DNA of 59,048 nucleotides from Salinivirgaceae bacterium (GTDB taxonomy: Bacteria > Bacteroidota > Bacteroidia > Bacteroidales > SZUA-534): contig JAQICC010000310.1 of NCBI GenBank assembly GCA_027858735.1, positions 1 to 59,048 on the forward strand. The letters are read 5' to 3'. The position numbers and the translations under genes were made by a program. The number at the start of each line of letters is the position of its first letter. Position 1 is the stretch's first letter. Shown here piece by piece: positions 43,793 to 53,603 of this stretch. Below the pieces are notes generated by a model. It was not told the origin of the DNA. It searched no databases and saw only the letters and a list, made by a program, of their open reading frames with translations.

Positions 43793-46700
43793 CTATCCCA
43801 TATATTTTGAAGGTAATACACCAAACTCCAATTTGAACATTTTCGAAAAATATTTGGGATCGCTAAAACCAACCTCATAGGTAATTTCGCTCACATTTAA
43901 TTCACCTTTCATTAAAAGCCCCGCAGCCTTTTTTATACGAACCAAACGAATTAATTCTATGGGAGTTTTTCCGGTTAAAGCGGTAAGCTTTTTATACAAA
44001 TGAACTCTGCTCATTCCTAAATCCTTGCTCATTCCTTCCACCGAAAACTCTGAATTCGACAAATTTTCATTTATTAGGGCGATGGCTTTATCAAGAAGTA
44101 CTTTATCGAGGGGCATGATGCTTTTATCGTCAACTTTCACCTCAAAGCTCTTCTGATAATCTTTAATAAACTTTTGGCGCAATCCAAGCAAATAATCAAT
44201 GCGGGCTTCAAGTATATCAAAATTGAATGGTTTGGTAATATAATCATCAGCTCCATGTTTTAGGCCCTCTAGTTTATCTTGTTGCGTTGATTTTGCGGTT
44301 AAAAGAATTACAGGAATATGCGAATAATCAGCATTTGACTTTATGGTATCGCAAAACTCAAAACCATCCATTTCTGGCATCATAACATCGCTTACAATTA
44401 AATGGGGCTGATCGCTAGCTATTATATTTAAGCCCAGCTTGCCATTTGCAGCTTCGAGAATTTTATACTTCTCCATAAGGCTGTCTTTCAAATAAAAACG
44501 AAAATCAGCATTATCTTCAACCAACAAAATAATCTTTTTATTTAGCTCCTTTTTTTCAGGTTCGTTACCATATTCGTCCTTAAGGCTTAAGTCGGAATTT
44601 TTCTTATCATCAAGCCTTTCAATGTTACGGGTTCTATCAATTGGTAATTTCACAATAAACTTGCTTCCCTGCCCTTCTGTACTTTTAACCGAAATATTAC
44701 CCCCATGCAGCTTTACAAAATCGTTGGTTAATGAAAGTCCTATACCACTACCTTTTGTGATAAATTCGTTGGGTAACTCGGTTTGATAAAAGCGTTCAAA
44801 TATTTTATGCTGATCAACACTACTTATCCCAATACCCGTATCTTCAACCTTAATTTTCAAAAACTCTTTCTCTTTTTTCAATAGGGTTTCAGCAAATACC
44901 TTAATAGAGCCACCTTCTGGTGTAAATTTAAAGGCATTCGACAATAAGTTCAATATTATCTTTTCAATTTTATCTTTATCAAAGAGCATAAAAAGTTCGT
45001 TTTCTTCTGGCAGAAATTCCAACGATATATTTTTCGATTCGCGAAAATCGGCAAAAGAAAGTACTGTAGAATCAATAAAGCTAATAATATTGCCATAAAT
45101 GAGATTCAAATGCAATTTATTGGCTTCCGCTTTTCTAAAATCAAGTAATTGATTTACGAGCAAAAGTAAGCGCTTTGCATTCTGATTCATTAATTCAAGA
45201 TGCTTGCGAGTTCCTACTTCGATATTGGTTTTTAACAGTTTTTCAAGCGGAGTAAGAATGAGAGTAAGTGGGGTTCTAAACTCGTGGCTAACATTAGTAA
45301 AGAACCTCGTTTTTAGTACATTTAATTCTTGTTGCCTTTCCGATTCCTTAATAGCCTCCTCCTTTAAATATTTATTTCGCTCCTTGGCAATTACATTTCG
45401 TCTGGCCAAAATAATTGCAAAAACAATTGCTGTGAAATATATCACATAAGCCAACCAAGTACTGTACCATGGCGGGTGAATTACTATTCGCAGTGAACTT
45501 TCAGAACTATTCCAATCGGAATTTGAATACGAGGCTTGAACAATAAATTTATAAGTACCGGCATTCAGGTTTGTAAACGTTGCCTTTCGTTCTTTCCAGT
45601 TGGTATAAATCCACTGTTCATTAAATCCTTCAAGCTTATAACGGTATTTAATTTTTCGTGACACTAAATAGTTAATAGAAACAAACTTTAGCGAAAAAAT
45701 ATTTTCATTATAGGCTAGGTTAATTTCACTATTATTCAATAATGATGAATTTAATCCCATTTTTTTTGCATCGGTATGGTTTTTTGTCAGCTCCTCACCA
45801 AACAATTCCAAACCAACAATGTATGTTTTTAAAGGTTCTATTTTTTCATATTTGGTTTGAGGCAAAAACAAATTAAAGCCATTCGCTCCCCCAAAAATAA
45901 GCTCTCCTTTGCTCGTCTTAAATGTCGATCCCTCGTTAAATTCTCTTCCTTGCAAACCATCGGCTTCATTAAAGTTAACAGCTTGATGGTTTACATATTT
46001 CCCATTACTGTCAAACTCCACAGTAAGTTTGCAAATTCCACCAGATGTTGATAGCCATAAATCGCCTTCATCAGATTCCCGAATGCCCATTATTGAATTA
46101 TCGGGTAAGCCATTTTGTGAATTAAACCTTATAAATGACTTATTTTCAACATCAAACAAATTAAGTCCATCACGCGTACCAAACCATAAATTCTGCTTGG
46201 AATCAACAAATACTTTGCTCGCAAAATTGCCGCTTAAACTCTTGGTATTATCAACTATGTTAGTAAACTGAATAAACCTTGAACTTTCTGCATCAAGCAC
46301 AAATACGCCATTATCGGTGCCAAACCAAACATTACCTTGAGCATCTTCATTAATATCAATAACAAAGTTTGAATTAAGCGAATTTATACCCATACCACTA
46401 TAATGGTAAAACACCTCTTGATCTTTATCGAATAAATTTAATCCGCCTCCCAGTGTTCCTATCCAAAAATTTCCTTTTGAATCCTCATAAATATCCCAAA
46501 TTCTATTATCACTAATCGATTCAGGATTGTCATGTTTATGAAGGTAAGTCTTAAACTTTCCTCCTTGGAACCGAGCCAACCCACCATGGTATGTTCCTAC
46601 CCATAAAACATCCGATTTATCCATGTACAACGAAACAATAACGTTGCTTTTTAAACCCTCTGGATTATTGGGTTCTGCAAAAATATTGCTAAAGGTATTT

Positions 46701-47890
46701 TTCTCTCTATCGAAATATATAAGTCCGTTTCCATTTGTACCTATCCATAAATTACCTTTTTTATCTTCAGCAAAGCAATTTACATCATTGTACGAAAGGC
46801 TGTTTTTATCGTCGGGCCGATGCATAAAATGAAAAAAACGGAACAATGATTTATGGTAATAATTAACTCCTTTTTTAAATGTACCTACCCAAATAATGCC
46901 CTTATTGCTTTTAAACAATTCAGTAATCACATTCTGACTTAAGCTGTTATTATTTGCCTCTTCGTGCTTTATATAAGTCATTTTTTGTTTATCAGAACTA
47001 AGAATATTAAGCCCTCCATGATCGGTACCTATCCAATAGTTATTTTCAGAATCTTGAATTATTCGAGAAACAATTTTTGAATTTAAACGGGGCTCCGTTT
47101 TTGTGTTAAAATGCCTGATATTCTCTTTATCATCAATTAATAACAAACCCATTTCTTCATTGCTGCTATACACCCAAATATCTTGATTATGATCAACATA
47201 AAAATCATATAAATGCTGCTGCCCATTAAACATGGAATTAACAGCCTTTATTATTTTTAAAACTTTCCTATCAATGACATCAACAATATAAATTAAACCA
47301 TTATCAGACATTAAATAAAGCTTATTGTTTGAGGTTTTCATTCTAGATATAATACCCACCTTATTTGTTCCTGTAGTTAATTCTGAACAATTCAATAATC
47401 TATTATTATTGGTAAATAAGTTATGTACAATAATTCCAAGCCCTTGAATTCTCATTAATAATAGGCTATCACCAAAAGGTAGCACTTCACTAATATTAAA
47501 TAAACTAAATGGTTGTTGAGCTATTGAAAAATGAAAATCAATAGTAAACGTTTCCGTATCAGGATTAAAAATTACAAATCCTCGTGTTGTACCTACCCAT
47601 AATCTACCAAGCTGGTCTTTTACAATACTTTGAACCATGTTATCGATTAGGGAACTTGAGTCTGACGGATCATGTTTAAACGTCTTTATATTGTAGCCAT
47701 CATATCTATTTAATCCAGAAGTAGTGCCTATCCATACAAAACCATTATCATCTTCGGCAAAACTTAGTATTCTATTATTTGAAAGGCCATGGGTATAGTC
47801 AATATGAGCAAAATTAATTTGCTGCGCTTTCGACAGGTACGCTGAAAAAAGCATTTGAAAAGTTATAATCAGAAAATATCGCAAATGCAT
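43793..47890 (-). CDS. Hybrid two-component system (HTCS) sensor/AraC regulator
   Basis: Reg_prop repeats (GLSNNRI..FAED..G.WIGT..GLN), Y_Y_Y domain, TM after HPPWY, HisKA FFTNVSHEFRTPLTLI, GSGIGLSL, receiver SDVMMPEMDG, AraC HTH 'VGFSDPKYFS'. ATG 47890 preferred over TTG 47917. Confidence 0.96.
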   Translation of the reverse strand: MHLRYFLIITFQMLFSAYLSKAQQINFAHIDYTHGLSNNRILSFAEDDNGFVWIGTTSGLNRYDGYNIKTFKHDPSDSSSLIDNMVQSIVKDQLGRLWVGTTRGFVIFNPDTETFTIDFHFSIAQQPFSLFNISEVLPFGDSLLLMRIQGLGIIVHNLFTNNNRLLNCSELTTGTNKVGIISRMKTSNNKLYLMSDNGLIYIVDVIDRKVLKIIKAVNSMFNGQQHLYDFYVDHNQDIWVYSSNEEMGLLLIDDKENIRHFNTKTEPRLNSKIVSRIIQDSENNYWIGTDHGGLNILSSDKQKMTYIKHEEANNNSLSQNVITELFKSNKGIIWVGTFKKGVNYYHKSLFRFFHFMHRPDDKNSLSYNDVNCFAEDKKGNLWIGTNGNGLIYFDREKNTFSNIFAEPNNPEGLKSNVIVSLYMDKSDVLWVGTYHGGLARFQGGKFKTYLHKHDNPESISDNRIWDIYEDSKGNFWIGTLGGGLNLFDKDQEVFYHYSGMGINSLNSNFVIDINEDAQGNVWFGTDNGVFVLDAESSRFIQFTNIVDNTKSLSGNFASKVFVDSKQNLWFGTRDGLNLFDVENKSFIRFNSQNGLPDNSIMGIRESDEGDLWLSTSGGICKLTVEFDSNGKYVNHQAVNFNEADGLQGREFNEGSTFKTSKGELIFGGANGFNLFLPQTKYEKIEPLKTYIVGLELFGEELTKNHTDAKKMGLNSSLLNNSEINLAYNENIFSLKFVSINYLVSRKIKYRYKLEGFNEQWIYTNWKERKATFTNLNAGTYKFIVQASYSNSDWNSSESSLRIVIHPPWYSTWLAYVIYFTAIVFAIILARRNVIAKERNKYLKEEAIKESERQQELNVLKTRFFTNVSHEFRTPLTLILTPLEKLLKTNIEVGTRKHLELMNQNAKRLLLLVNQLLDFRKAEANKLHLNLIYGNIISFIDSTVLSFADFRESKNISLEFLPEENELFMLFDKDKIEKIILNLLSNAFKFTPEGGSIKVFAETLLKKEKEFLKIKVEDTGIGISSVDQHKIFERFYQTELPNEFITKGSGIGLSLTNDFVKLHGGNISVKSTEGQGSKFIVKLPIDRTRNIERLDDKKNSDLSLKDEYGNEPEKKELNKKIILLVEDNADFRFYLKDSLMEKYKILEAANGKLGLNIIASDQPHLIVSDVMMPEMDGFEFCDTIKSNADYSHIPVILLTAKSTQQDKLEGLKHGADDYITKPFNFDILEARIDYLLGLRQKFIKDYQKSFEVKVDDKSIMPLDKVLLDKAIALINENLSNSEFSVEGMSKDLGMSRVHLYKKLTALTGKTPIELIRLVRIKKAAGLLMKGELNVSEITYEVGFSDPKYFSKMFKLEFGVLPSKYMG

Positions 47891-47924
47891 TAAAACCCTT
47901 TTAATTGGCGTATTCAATAATTAT

Positions 47925-47932
47925 CAAATATA
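47925..47932 (-). promoter_or_regulatory. Bacteroidota -7 promoter element for the HTCS gene
   Basis: TATATTTG on the - strand is a perfect TAnnTTTG, ~35 bp upstream of ATG 47890; no well-spaced -33 TTTG. Confidence 0.5.
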
Positions 47933-48063
47933 AGAAATAATGTGAATCATTTATTGATACAAATTATTGTATAAAAGTTCATTCGAGTACACCTGGCTAA
48001 AACGGGTTTAATAAAGAGAAATATAATAGCACCAATAGCTTCAACCTATAGGCTGGAAACTAA

Positions 48064-48317
48064 ATCACTCTGGATTGAAAATCCAAATGTTGAGTATATT
48101 CCCAAATGTAAAATAATTATAATTTAGTCATCCGATGAATTCATAATTAACTGATTGACAGACTTGAATTGGTTGGTTATATAGCAAAAGTATTTATCGG
48201 GTGACTTTTCGGAGTGGATTTTAAGATTTAAATTGCGAATGAAATTCGTTTCTTAATAAAATAATGCAATAGCGATGGGCTTTATGTAAATAGCCCTGAC
48301 TTAAAAGACAGGGCTAT
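48064..48317. repeat. Cluster of nested REP-like palindromes
   Basis: TGGATT-GAA-AATCCA (48071-48085); AGTCATCCGATGAAT (48126-48140) / ATTTATCGGGTGACT (48192-48206); CGAA-TGAAA-TTCG (48236-48248); ATAGCCCTG..CAGGGCTAT (48290-48317, may double as terminator of the - strand gene ending at 48361). Confidence 0.65.
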
Positions 48318-48360
48318 AGATATTTCATTATTTGCTTTAATAATAAAAACTTAGCTAATT

Positions 48361-49593
48361 TTATTTAATCTTGTAAGCCATTAAAGCATCACCATGTCTA
48401 ATGTACATAATTCCACTATCTAAAACAGGGTGAGCAAAATGATGACTGGTTCCTTTTTCTATCTTTAACTTGCCTACTACTTCGAATTTCTTTTGTTCGT
48501 AGTCAATAAGTTTGACTTCACCATTTGTACTATAACAAATAAATTTATTATCGGCAAATATTAAGCTACCATTTTTTATTTTTAAGGAATCTACAACATT
48601 TCCTTTGCCTAGCTCTATTGATTTAAGCCAATTTTTTTCAATCGTCATGAACAGATTATTGTCAACTTTCACAAAACCACTGAAACCATTTGCAATTTGT
48701 TTATTGCGCCATATTTCTTTAATGCTTTTCCCATCGGGCGACAATTCAAGTTTCACAGTACCATTTCCATTTTCTTCGGCAGAAACATTATAAATAAAGC
48801 CATCGGCATAAATTGGGGTGTTACAATGTTCTCCATCCCATTTAAAACTTTCTATATTGTATGACCATAGCAATTGCCCATTTTTACTATCAACACCTAT
48901 CAGGTAATGACGTGAAAAAGTTACTAAAATTTGACGTTCCTTTAGGTTTATAAGAATTGGTGAACAAAACGAGGTAGTATCGCCCATTGCTTTTGACGAC
49001 CAAACCATATTGCCCGTAAACCGGTCAATAGCGGCAATATTATTTTCTGGACCACCCGGAAAACAATACACATTTTTATCATCAACAACAAGCGATTCGG
49101 AGTATCCAAACTCATTTTCATAACCTCCCAAATCTTTGACCATATCTACATTCCATTTTTCTTTGCCATTAGCTAAATCATAACAAGCAATTCTTCCTCT
49201 GCCTGAACTGGCATAAACAAGATTATCAAAAATGGTTGGAGTTGATCTTGCTCCTGGGTAAGTACCTGAAAAACCGTTGCCCATAAACTCCTGGCCATTA
49301 GGTGATTTCCACAGCAATTTGCCATTTGTATCATATGCAAACAGGTAGCTCAGACTATCCAATTCACCATTTATTACTACTTTATCAGTTGTAATGGATG
49401 GAGCAGCATAACCGGCACCTATCCCTTCAACAAACCAAAGTAATTCAGGCCCTTTATCCGGCCATTTTTTCAACAATTGAGTTTCTTGGTATATCCCGTC
49501 GCGATTTTCTCCACGCCATTGGGCAATTTTTTGCGCAAATGATTGAGAACCAATAATAAAAACAATAAATGCAATAATCGGCAACTTTCTCAT
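48361..49593 (-). CDS. PQQ-binding-like (BamB-like) beta-propeller secreted protein
   Basis: Signal MRKL...SFAQ, 'QWRGENRDG', repeated Trp-docking motifs (GKLLW, GKEKW, TGNMVW, GQLLW), STP/SP motifs, 'AHPV...MYIR'. ATG 49593 preferred. Confidence 0.85.
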   Translation of the reverse strand: MRKLPIIAFIVFIIGSQSFAQKIAQWRGENRDGIYQETQLLKKWPDKGPELLWFVEGIGAGYAAPSITTDKVVINGELDSLSYLFAYDTNGKLLWKSPNGQEFMGNGFSGTYPGARSTPTIFDNLVYASSGRGRIACYDLANGKEKWNVDMVKDLGGYENEFGYSESLVVDDKNVYCFPGGPENNIAAIDRFTGNMVWSSKAMGDTTSFCSPILINLKERQILVTFSRHYLIGVDSKNGQLLWSYNIESFKWDGEHCNTPIYADGFIYNVSAEENGNGTVKLELSPDGKSIKEIWRNKQIANGFSGFVKVDNNLFMTIEKNWLKSIELGKGNVVDSLKIKNGSLIFADNKFICYSTNGEVKLIDYEQKKFEVVGKLKIEKGTSHHFAHPVLDSGIMYIRHGDALMAYKIK

Positions 49594-49828
49594 AATGAAA
49601 TGTTTTAAAATAGTAATAAAATAATATACAAACAATTAGGTAATTAATTAGTCTAACCGTAAAACTAGGCAAATATGCAACGATTAAAAAATCTGATTAT
49701 GTTATTATTATGTTAATTATCAAAATTATGCATGGATTTTTTGTACAACATGTTTTATCACTACCTACCGAATGAACAACCTTTATGCGAGCTAAGCAGG
49801 TCTCAATATGTTAATAGATAATTTCACG

Positions 49829-49862
49829 AGGCTAGTTTTGGGTATTAAAACCAAAATAGCCT
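49829..49862 (-). terminator. Hairpin downstream of GH26
   Basis: AGGCTAGTTTTGG-GTATTAAAA-CCAAAATAGCCT; no strong U tail on the - strand. Confidence 0.45.
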
Positions 49863-49886
49863 GCCCCGATCATTTCTCGATGGAAT

Positions 49887-50957
49887 CTAATAGCCCCTCA
49901 TTTCTTTTACTTCATCGGCTGTTAGGCATTTCTCAGAATTAAACACTTCAATCAATTGATCTTCAGTATTAAATTTATACCCCAAATCGCTCCAAAGCAT
50001 AAACCACGCATAGCCACTTTGCAATTCATATTCTTTTAGTGTAGGCATAGTGCTACACTCACCCACAGCAAATGGCCGCTTACCAGCGATGACTTTAATT
50101 TCTTCGTACCATTCTTGTCTAAATACTACATTTGTATCTTGTTCAGGGTAAATATCTAACGAAACAATATCAACAAAATCATCGCCAGGGTAGTATTCCT
50201 TTAAACCATGCCATGGCTTATCAGGGCTCCACACCCAAATCAAATTGTTTAGTTTATGATGATCGGTGTAGCGGTGATAAAGCATTTTCCACATTGCGGC
50301 AAAACCATTTTCGCCTTCTTTTCCACCCCACCAAAACCACTTACCATTCATTTCGTGATATGGACGAAACAACACAGGAATATTCAATGCTTGCAGTTCT
50401 TTAAGCTCTTCAGCTAACCTATCAACATATTCTTTCCATGTAGTATTTGCTTCAGTTCCATCGGTAATAATTTCAGTCCATTGTTCTGGGCTTAGCTTTG
50501 ATTGCACACCGCCAACAAACTGGCATGGTTCACCTACAAAGGGGTCGGCCTGATGATACGTTAATGTAATAATACTACCTCGTTCATGCTGTTTTACAAT
50601 TTCAGGAACCATTAATGGGCGGTACTTTATATTATCAATATCGTGTGTTGAATCGGCAAAACCATAGTCACCACCCCAAATACCAGGATACTTTCCTGTT
50701 ATCTCAAAAATAGAATCGGTATAAACCGACATTTTACCTAAATAATTATGCTGGCCTGTGATTACATATTTACCTTGAATTTCGTAAATAAACTCGAGCA
50801 AACGCTTTGCTTCGGGAGTAGCACTTGAATTTACAGTTGATATTTCTAAGGATTTTTTTTCTTCAACTACCTTACCATTAGGATTATTGCATGCTATCAT
50901 TAAAACACTGATAGTTAGTACTGCTAATACACTTATACTTTTCATTTTCACCTTCAT
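49887..50957 (-). CDS. GH26 beta-mannanase/mannobiohydrolase, lipoprotein
   Basis: Lipobox MIAC; GQHN, PVLFRPYHEMNGKWFWWG (acid/base), LNNLIWVW, YYPGDDFVDIVSLDIY, AVGEC (nucleophile). Confidence 0.93.
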   Translation of the reverse strand: MKVKMKSISVLAVLTISVLMIACNNPNGKVVEEKKSLEISTVNSSATPEAKRLLEFIYEIQGKYVITGQHNYLGKMSVYTDSIFEITGKYPGIWGGDYGFADSTHDIDNIKYRPLMVPEIVKQHERGSIITLTYHQADPFVGEPCQFVGGVQSKLSPEQWTEIITDGTEANTTWKEYVDRLAEELKELQALNIPVLFRPYHEMNGKWFWWGGKEGENGFAAMWKMLYHRYTDHHKLNNLIWVWSPDKPWHGLKEYYPGDDFVDIVSLDIYPEQDTNVVFRQEWYEEIKVIAGKRPFAVGECSTMPTLKEYELQSGYAWFMLWSDLGYKFNTEDQLIEVFNSEKCLTADEVKEMRGY

Positions 50958-50993
50958 TTATTATTATTTTATTGACAATAGTTATTTAAAATA

Positions 50994-52367
50994 TTACAAA
51001 TCCAAACGAATAAGTTCCATTGCTTCATCGGCGCTCATATCTCCAGTTAGTACTTCCAAATAATATGTTCCTGCAACACTTCTTGTACCAACAACATTCA
51101 CGCATAATTCTTCAGAGTAATTATAATTATTATCGCCATACTTGCTCTGAACATAATGCGAAAAATTTTCAAATTGATCTCCGCCGAAATTCACATCTGT
51201 CATTTGTCCCTTAACTCCAGTGGGACATTTTGTATATTGCACCCACAATTCTGCAAAATCTGGTTTATTCATAGCAAGTAAAAGTTTTACAGCCTCATCG
51301 CGATTTGGCGAATTTTTAAGAACTGCCCATGTAATAAAATATGCCGAAGGATAAAGATTAATTTCATTAAAAACTGGAAATTCACAAGGATAAGCATTCA
51401 TTGTTTTTAGTGCATCATCACTTTCCCAAATATTATACATCCAAGATCCATTTGTATAGAAAAGACATTTTTCGTGTATTAAATCACAATTTGATTGCCC
51501 CCACGCCAAATTTTTCCAATTATTTCCCAAGGAATTAAACTCAGAAAGTTCTTGCAAAGCCTTTAAAGTTTTATACCATGCTTGTACTTTGTTTTCAGTA
51601 ACCTGTATATTAAAAAGTTCAGTTGTATTATTTAAAGCCGAAGCATACAATTGAAACACAAAAGCAAATGCAGTTTGCCAATCAGCGGCCTCATGAATTG
51701 GTATAATATAATCGTGTGGGTTTATTTTATTATAAGAATCAACGGATTTTATATAATTCAAAAAATCATCAAAAGTCATCCCATGACTCTTCACCTCAAC
51801 ACCAATTTTTCTAGCTACTTCTTTATTAGTCCACAAAGCCCAATAGCTACCTTCAAGAAAAGGCCCTGGAATAATTCCACCCCAAGTATCTTTAACTTCG
51901 TTAGTCAAAAGCTTGGGCAATGTATTATTTCTAAATTCTGGAATTTTCGAAAAATCAACCAAATTATTTTTCGCCCATAATGAATCTCCACTTAGCTCTG
52001 CAATCGATCTATACTGATTATTTAGTCTAATAATATCCCATTCAGGATTCTTTTTTGTCATTATATCATTGACAAATCTCACATTACTTTCTCTATCAGC
52101 GAAATCATTGAAAATTTCTTCAGGAAATTTCAAATCAACGATTACTTGTTGGTTTTCAAATTCATATTGTCGTGTAAAATCTTTTATCAGTGTACCTCTT
52201 TTCCCTTCGTTTAACCATTGACCAACAAACCGGATTTCTTTTGCAGGTTCAATCTTTCTCTCAATTTTTTTATGCCCTCTATCTTCATTGTCCTTTATGC
52301 AACTTGTAAAGACAAGGATTACAGCAAATATAAACAAACTTGTTGCTCTAATTATTTTCATAATCAT
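50994..52367 (-). CDS. Extracellular solute-binding lipoprotein (ABC sugar-SBP-like), no cognate permease nearby
   Basis: Lipobox FTSC; SBP family-1-like segments 'LWTNKEVARKIG...TFDDF', 'FYTNGSW', 'WAVLKNSPNRDEAVKLL', 'TGDMSADEAM'. Confidence 0.72.
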   Translation of the reverse strand: MIMKIIRATSLFIFAVILVFTSCIKDNEDRGHKKIERKIEPAKEIRFVGQWLNEGKRGTLIKDFTRQYEFENQQVIVDLKFPEEIFNDFADRESNVRFVNDIMTKKNPEWDIIRLNNQYRSIAELSGDSLWAKNNLVDFSKIPEFRNNTLPKLLTNEVKDTWGGIIPGPFLEGSYWALWTNKEVARKIGVEVKSHGMTFDDFLNYIKSVDSYNKINPHDYIIPIHEAADWQTAFAFVFQLYASALNNTTELFNIQVTENKVQAWYKTLKALQELSEFNSLGNNWKNLAWGQSNCDLIHEKCLFYTNGSWMYNIWESDDALKTMNAYPCEFPVFNEINLYPSAYFITWAVLKNSPNRDEAVKLLLAMNKPDFAELWVQYTKCPTGVKGQMTDVNFGGDQFENFSHYVQSKYGDNNYNYSEELCVNVVGTRSVAGTYYLEVLTGDMSADEAMELIRLDL

Positions 52368-52412
52368 TCACATTAAAACCATTATTTATAAAATTGCCAA
52401 AAGGGTATTTAT

Positions 52413-53414
52413 TTATTTTTCTATATAAACTTCCAGCAGTTTTGAACTTTTAGTTATTGGATTAATTAATAACTTTTTTATTGAGGCAGGTACCAAAATG
52501 GTCTCACCCTTTGTTAACATTATAGGTGCCTTATTCTCTGAGAATACAATGGAGGTATGCCCTTCAATCGCCATAAAAACTACGAACGAATCTTTGTCAC
52601 TATAGTCTATTTCAATCGGCTTATTAAATTCCAGTATATTCGTTGTGAAATAATCACAAGCTACAATTTCGCTACTTGATTTTTTTGATTTCAGATATTT
52701 TGTTTTGTATTTTTCTATAAAATCGAAATTTATAGCATCAAGTGCCATTTCGGTATGCAATTCTCTTTCATTTCCATGATCATCAACTCTATCCCAATCG
52801 TGAATACGATAAGTAATATCGCTAGTTTGTTGAATTTCCGCAAATAATATTCCAGGTCCGGTGGCATGAATTCGACCAGCTGGCAAAAAGAACACATCGT
52901 TACTCTTCACCTCTTCAAAATTTAACACTTCCTGTAAATTTCCCATATCGAAATGATTTAAATATTTATGTTTATCCATCTCCTGATTAAACCCAACAAT
53001 TAGCTTGGCATTCTTTTCTGCATCAACCACATACCACATTTCAGTTTTACCATATGAATTATGCCGTTTTCTAGCCAAATCATCACCGGGGTGTACTTGT
53101 ATTGATAAATAATCGTTAGCATCAATAAACTTAATTAACAGTGGAAATTGTATGCCGAATTTCTCATACACCTTTTCACCAACCAATGCCGATTTATATT
53201 GAATGATTACATCCTCTATATTTTTGCCTTGTAATAATCCTTCAGATACCACACTTAATTCATTGGGTACAGCTGACAATTCCCAACTTTCTCCAACATT
53301 TGATAATCCGTTGACATTTTTGCCAAGCTGTTCACTTATCTTATTACCACCCCAAATTTTACTTTTTAGTATTGGGGTGAATTTTAAGGGATATAATTCT
53401 ATTTTTTCTTGCAT
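52413..53414 (-). CDS. manA: Mannose-6-phosphate isomerase, type I
   Basis: KIWGG, GESWELS, FPLLIKFIDA..LSIQVHP, GKTEMWY, GRIHA, EIQQTSDITYR. Confidence 0.94.
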   Translation of the reverse strand: MQEKIELYPLKFTPILKSKIWGGNKISEQLGKNVNGLSNVGESWELSAVPNELSVVSEGLLQGKNIEDVIIQYKSALVGEKVYEKFGIQFPLLIKFIDANDYLSIQVHPGDDLARKRHNSYGKTEMWYVVDAEKNAKLIVGFNQEMDKHKYLNHFDMGNLQEVLNFEEVKSNDVFFLPAGRIHATGPGILFAEIQQTSDITYRIHDWDRVDDHGNERELHTEMALDAINFDFIEKYKTKYLKSKKSSSEIVACDYFTTNILEFNKPIEIDYSDKDSFVVFMAIEGHTSIVFSENKAPIMLTKGETILVPASIKKLLINPITKSSKLLEVYIEK

Positions 53415-53430
53415 TATTTTTCAAAATAAA

Positions 53431-53503
53431 CTACTATTGACTGAAAGTACCATACTTGTCTGCCGGCAAAGGCAGGGTTTTAACTACTAATAAGACCAAT
53501 AAA
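53431..53503 (+). repeat. Second copy of the composite palindromic element
   Basis: CTACTATTGACTGAAAGTACCATA-CTTGT-CTGCCGGCAAAGGCAG-GGTTTTAACTACTAATAAGACCAATAAA; see 37321-37537. Confidence 0.8.
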
Positions 53504-53603
53504 ATCTTTACTTTTCCTCTTTACTATTTGCAAACAGGAGTCAATCTACATCAACTCCGATTAAAAATCAGAGCTGATATATTATTATTTTTCTAGTAAC
53601 TAT

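Noticed and set aside
53550-53578. Hairpin ATCAACTCCGATT-AAA-AATCAGAGCTGAT as terminator after the MFS gene
   Set aside because: Two mismatches and no U-tract on the - strand; too weak to call.
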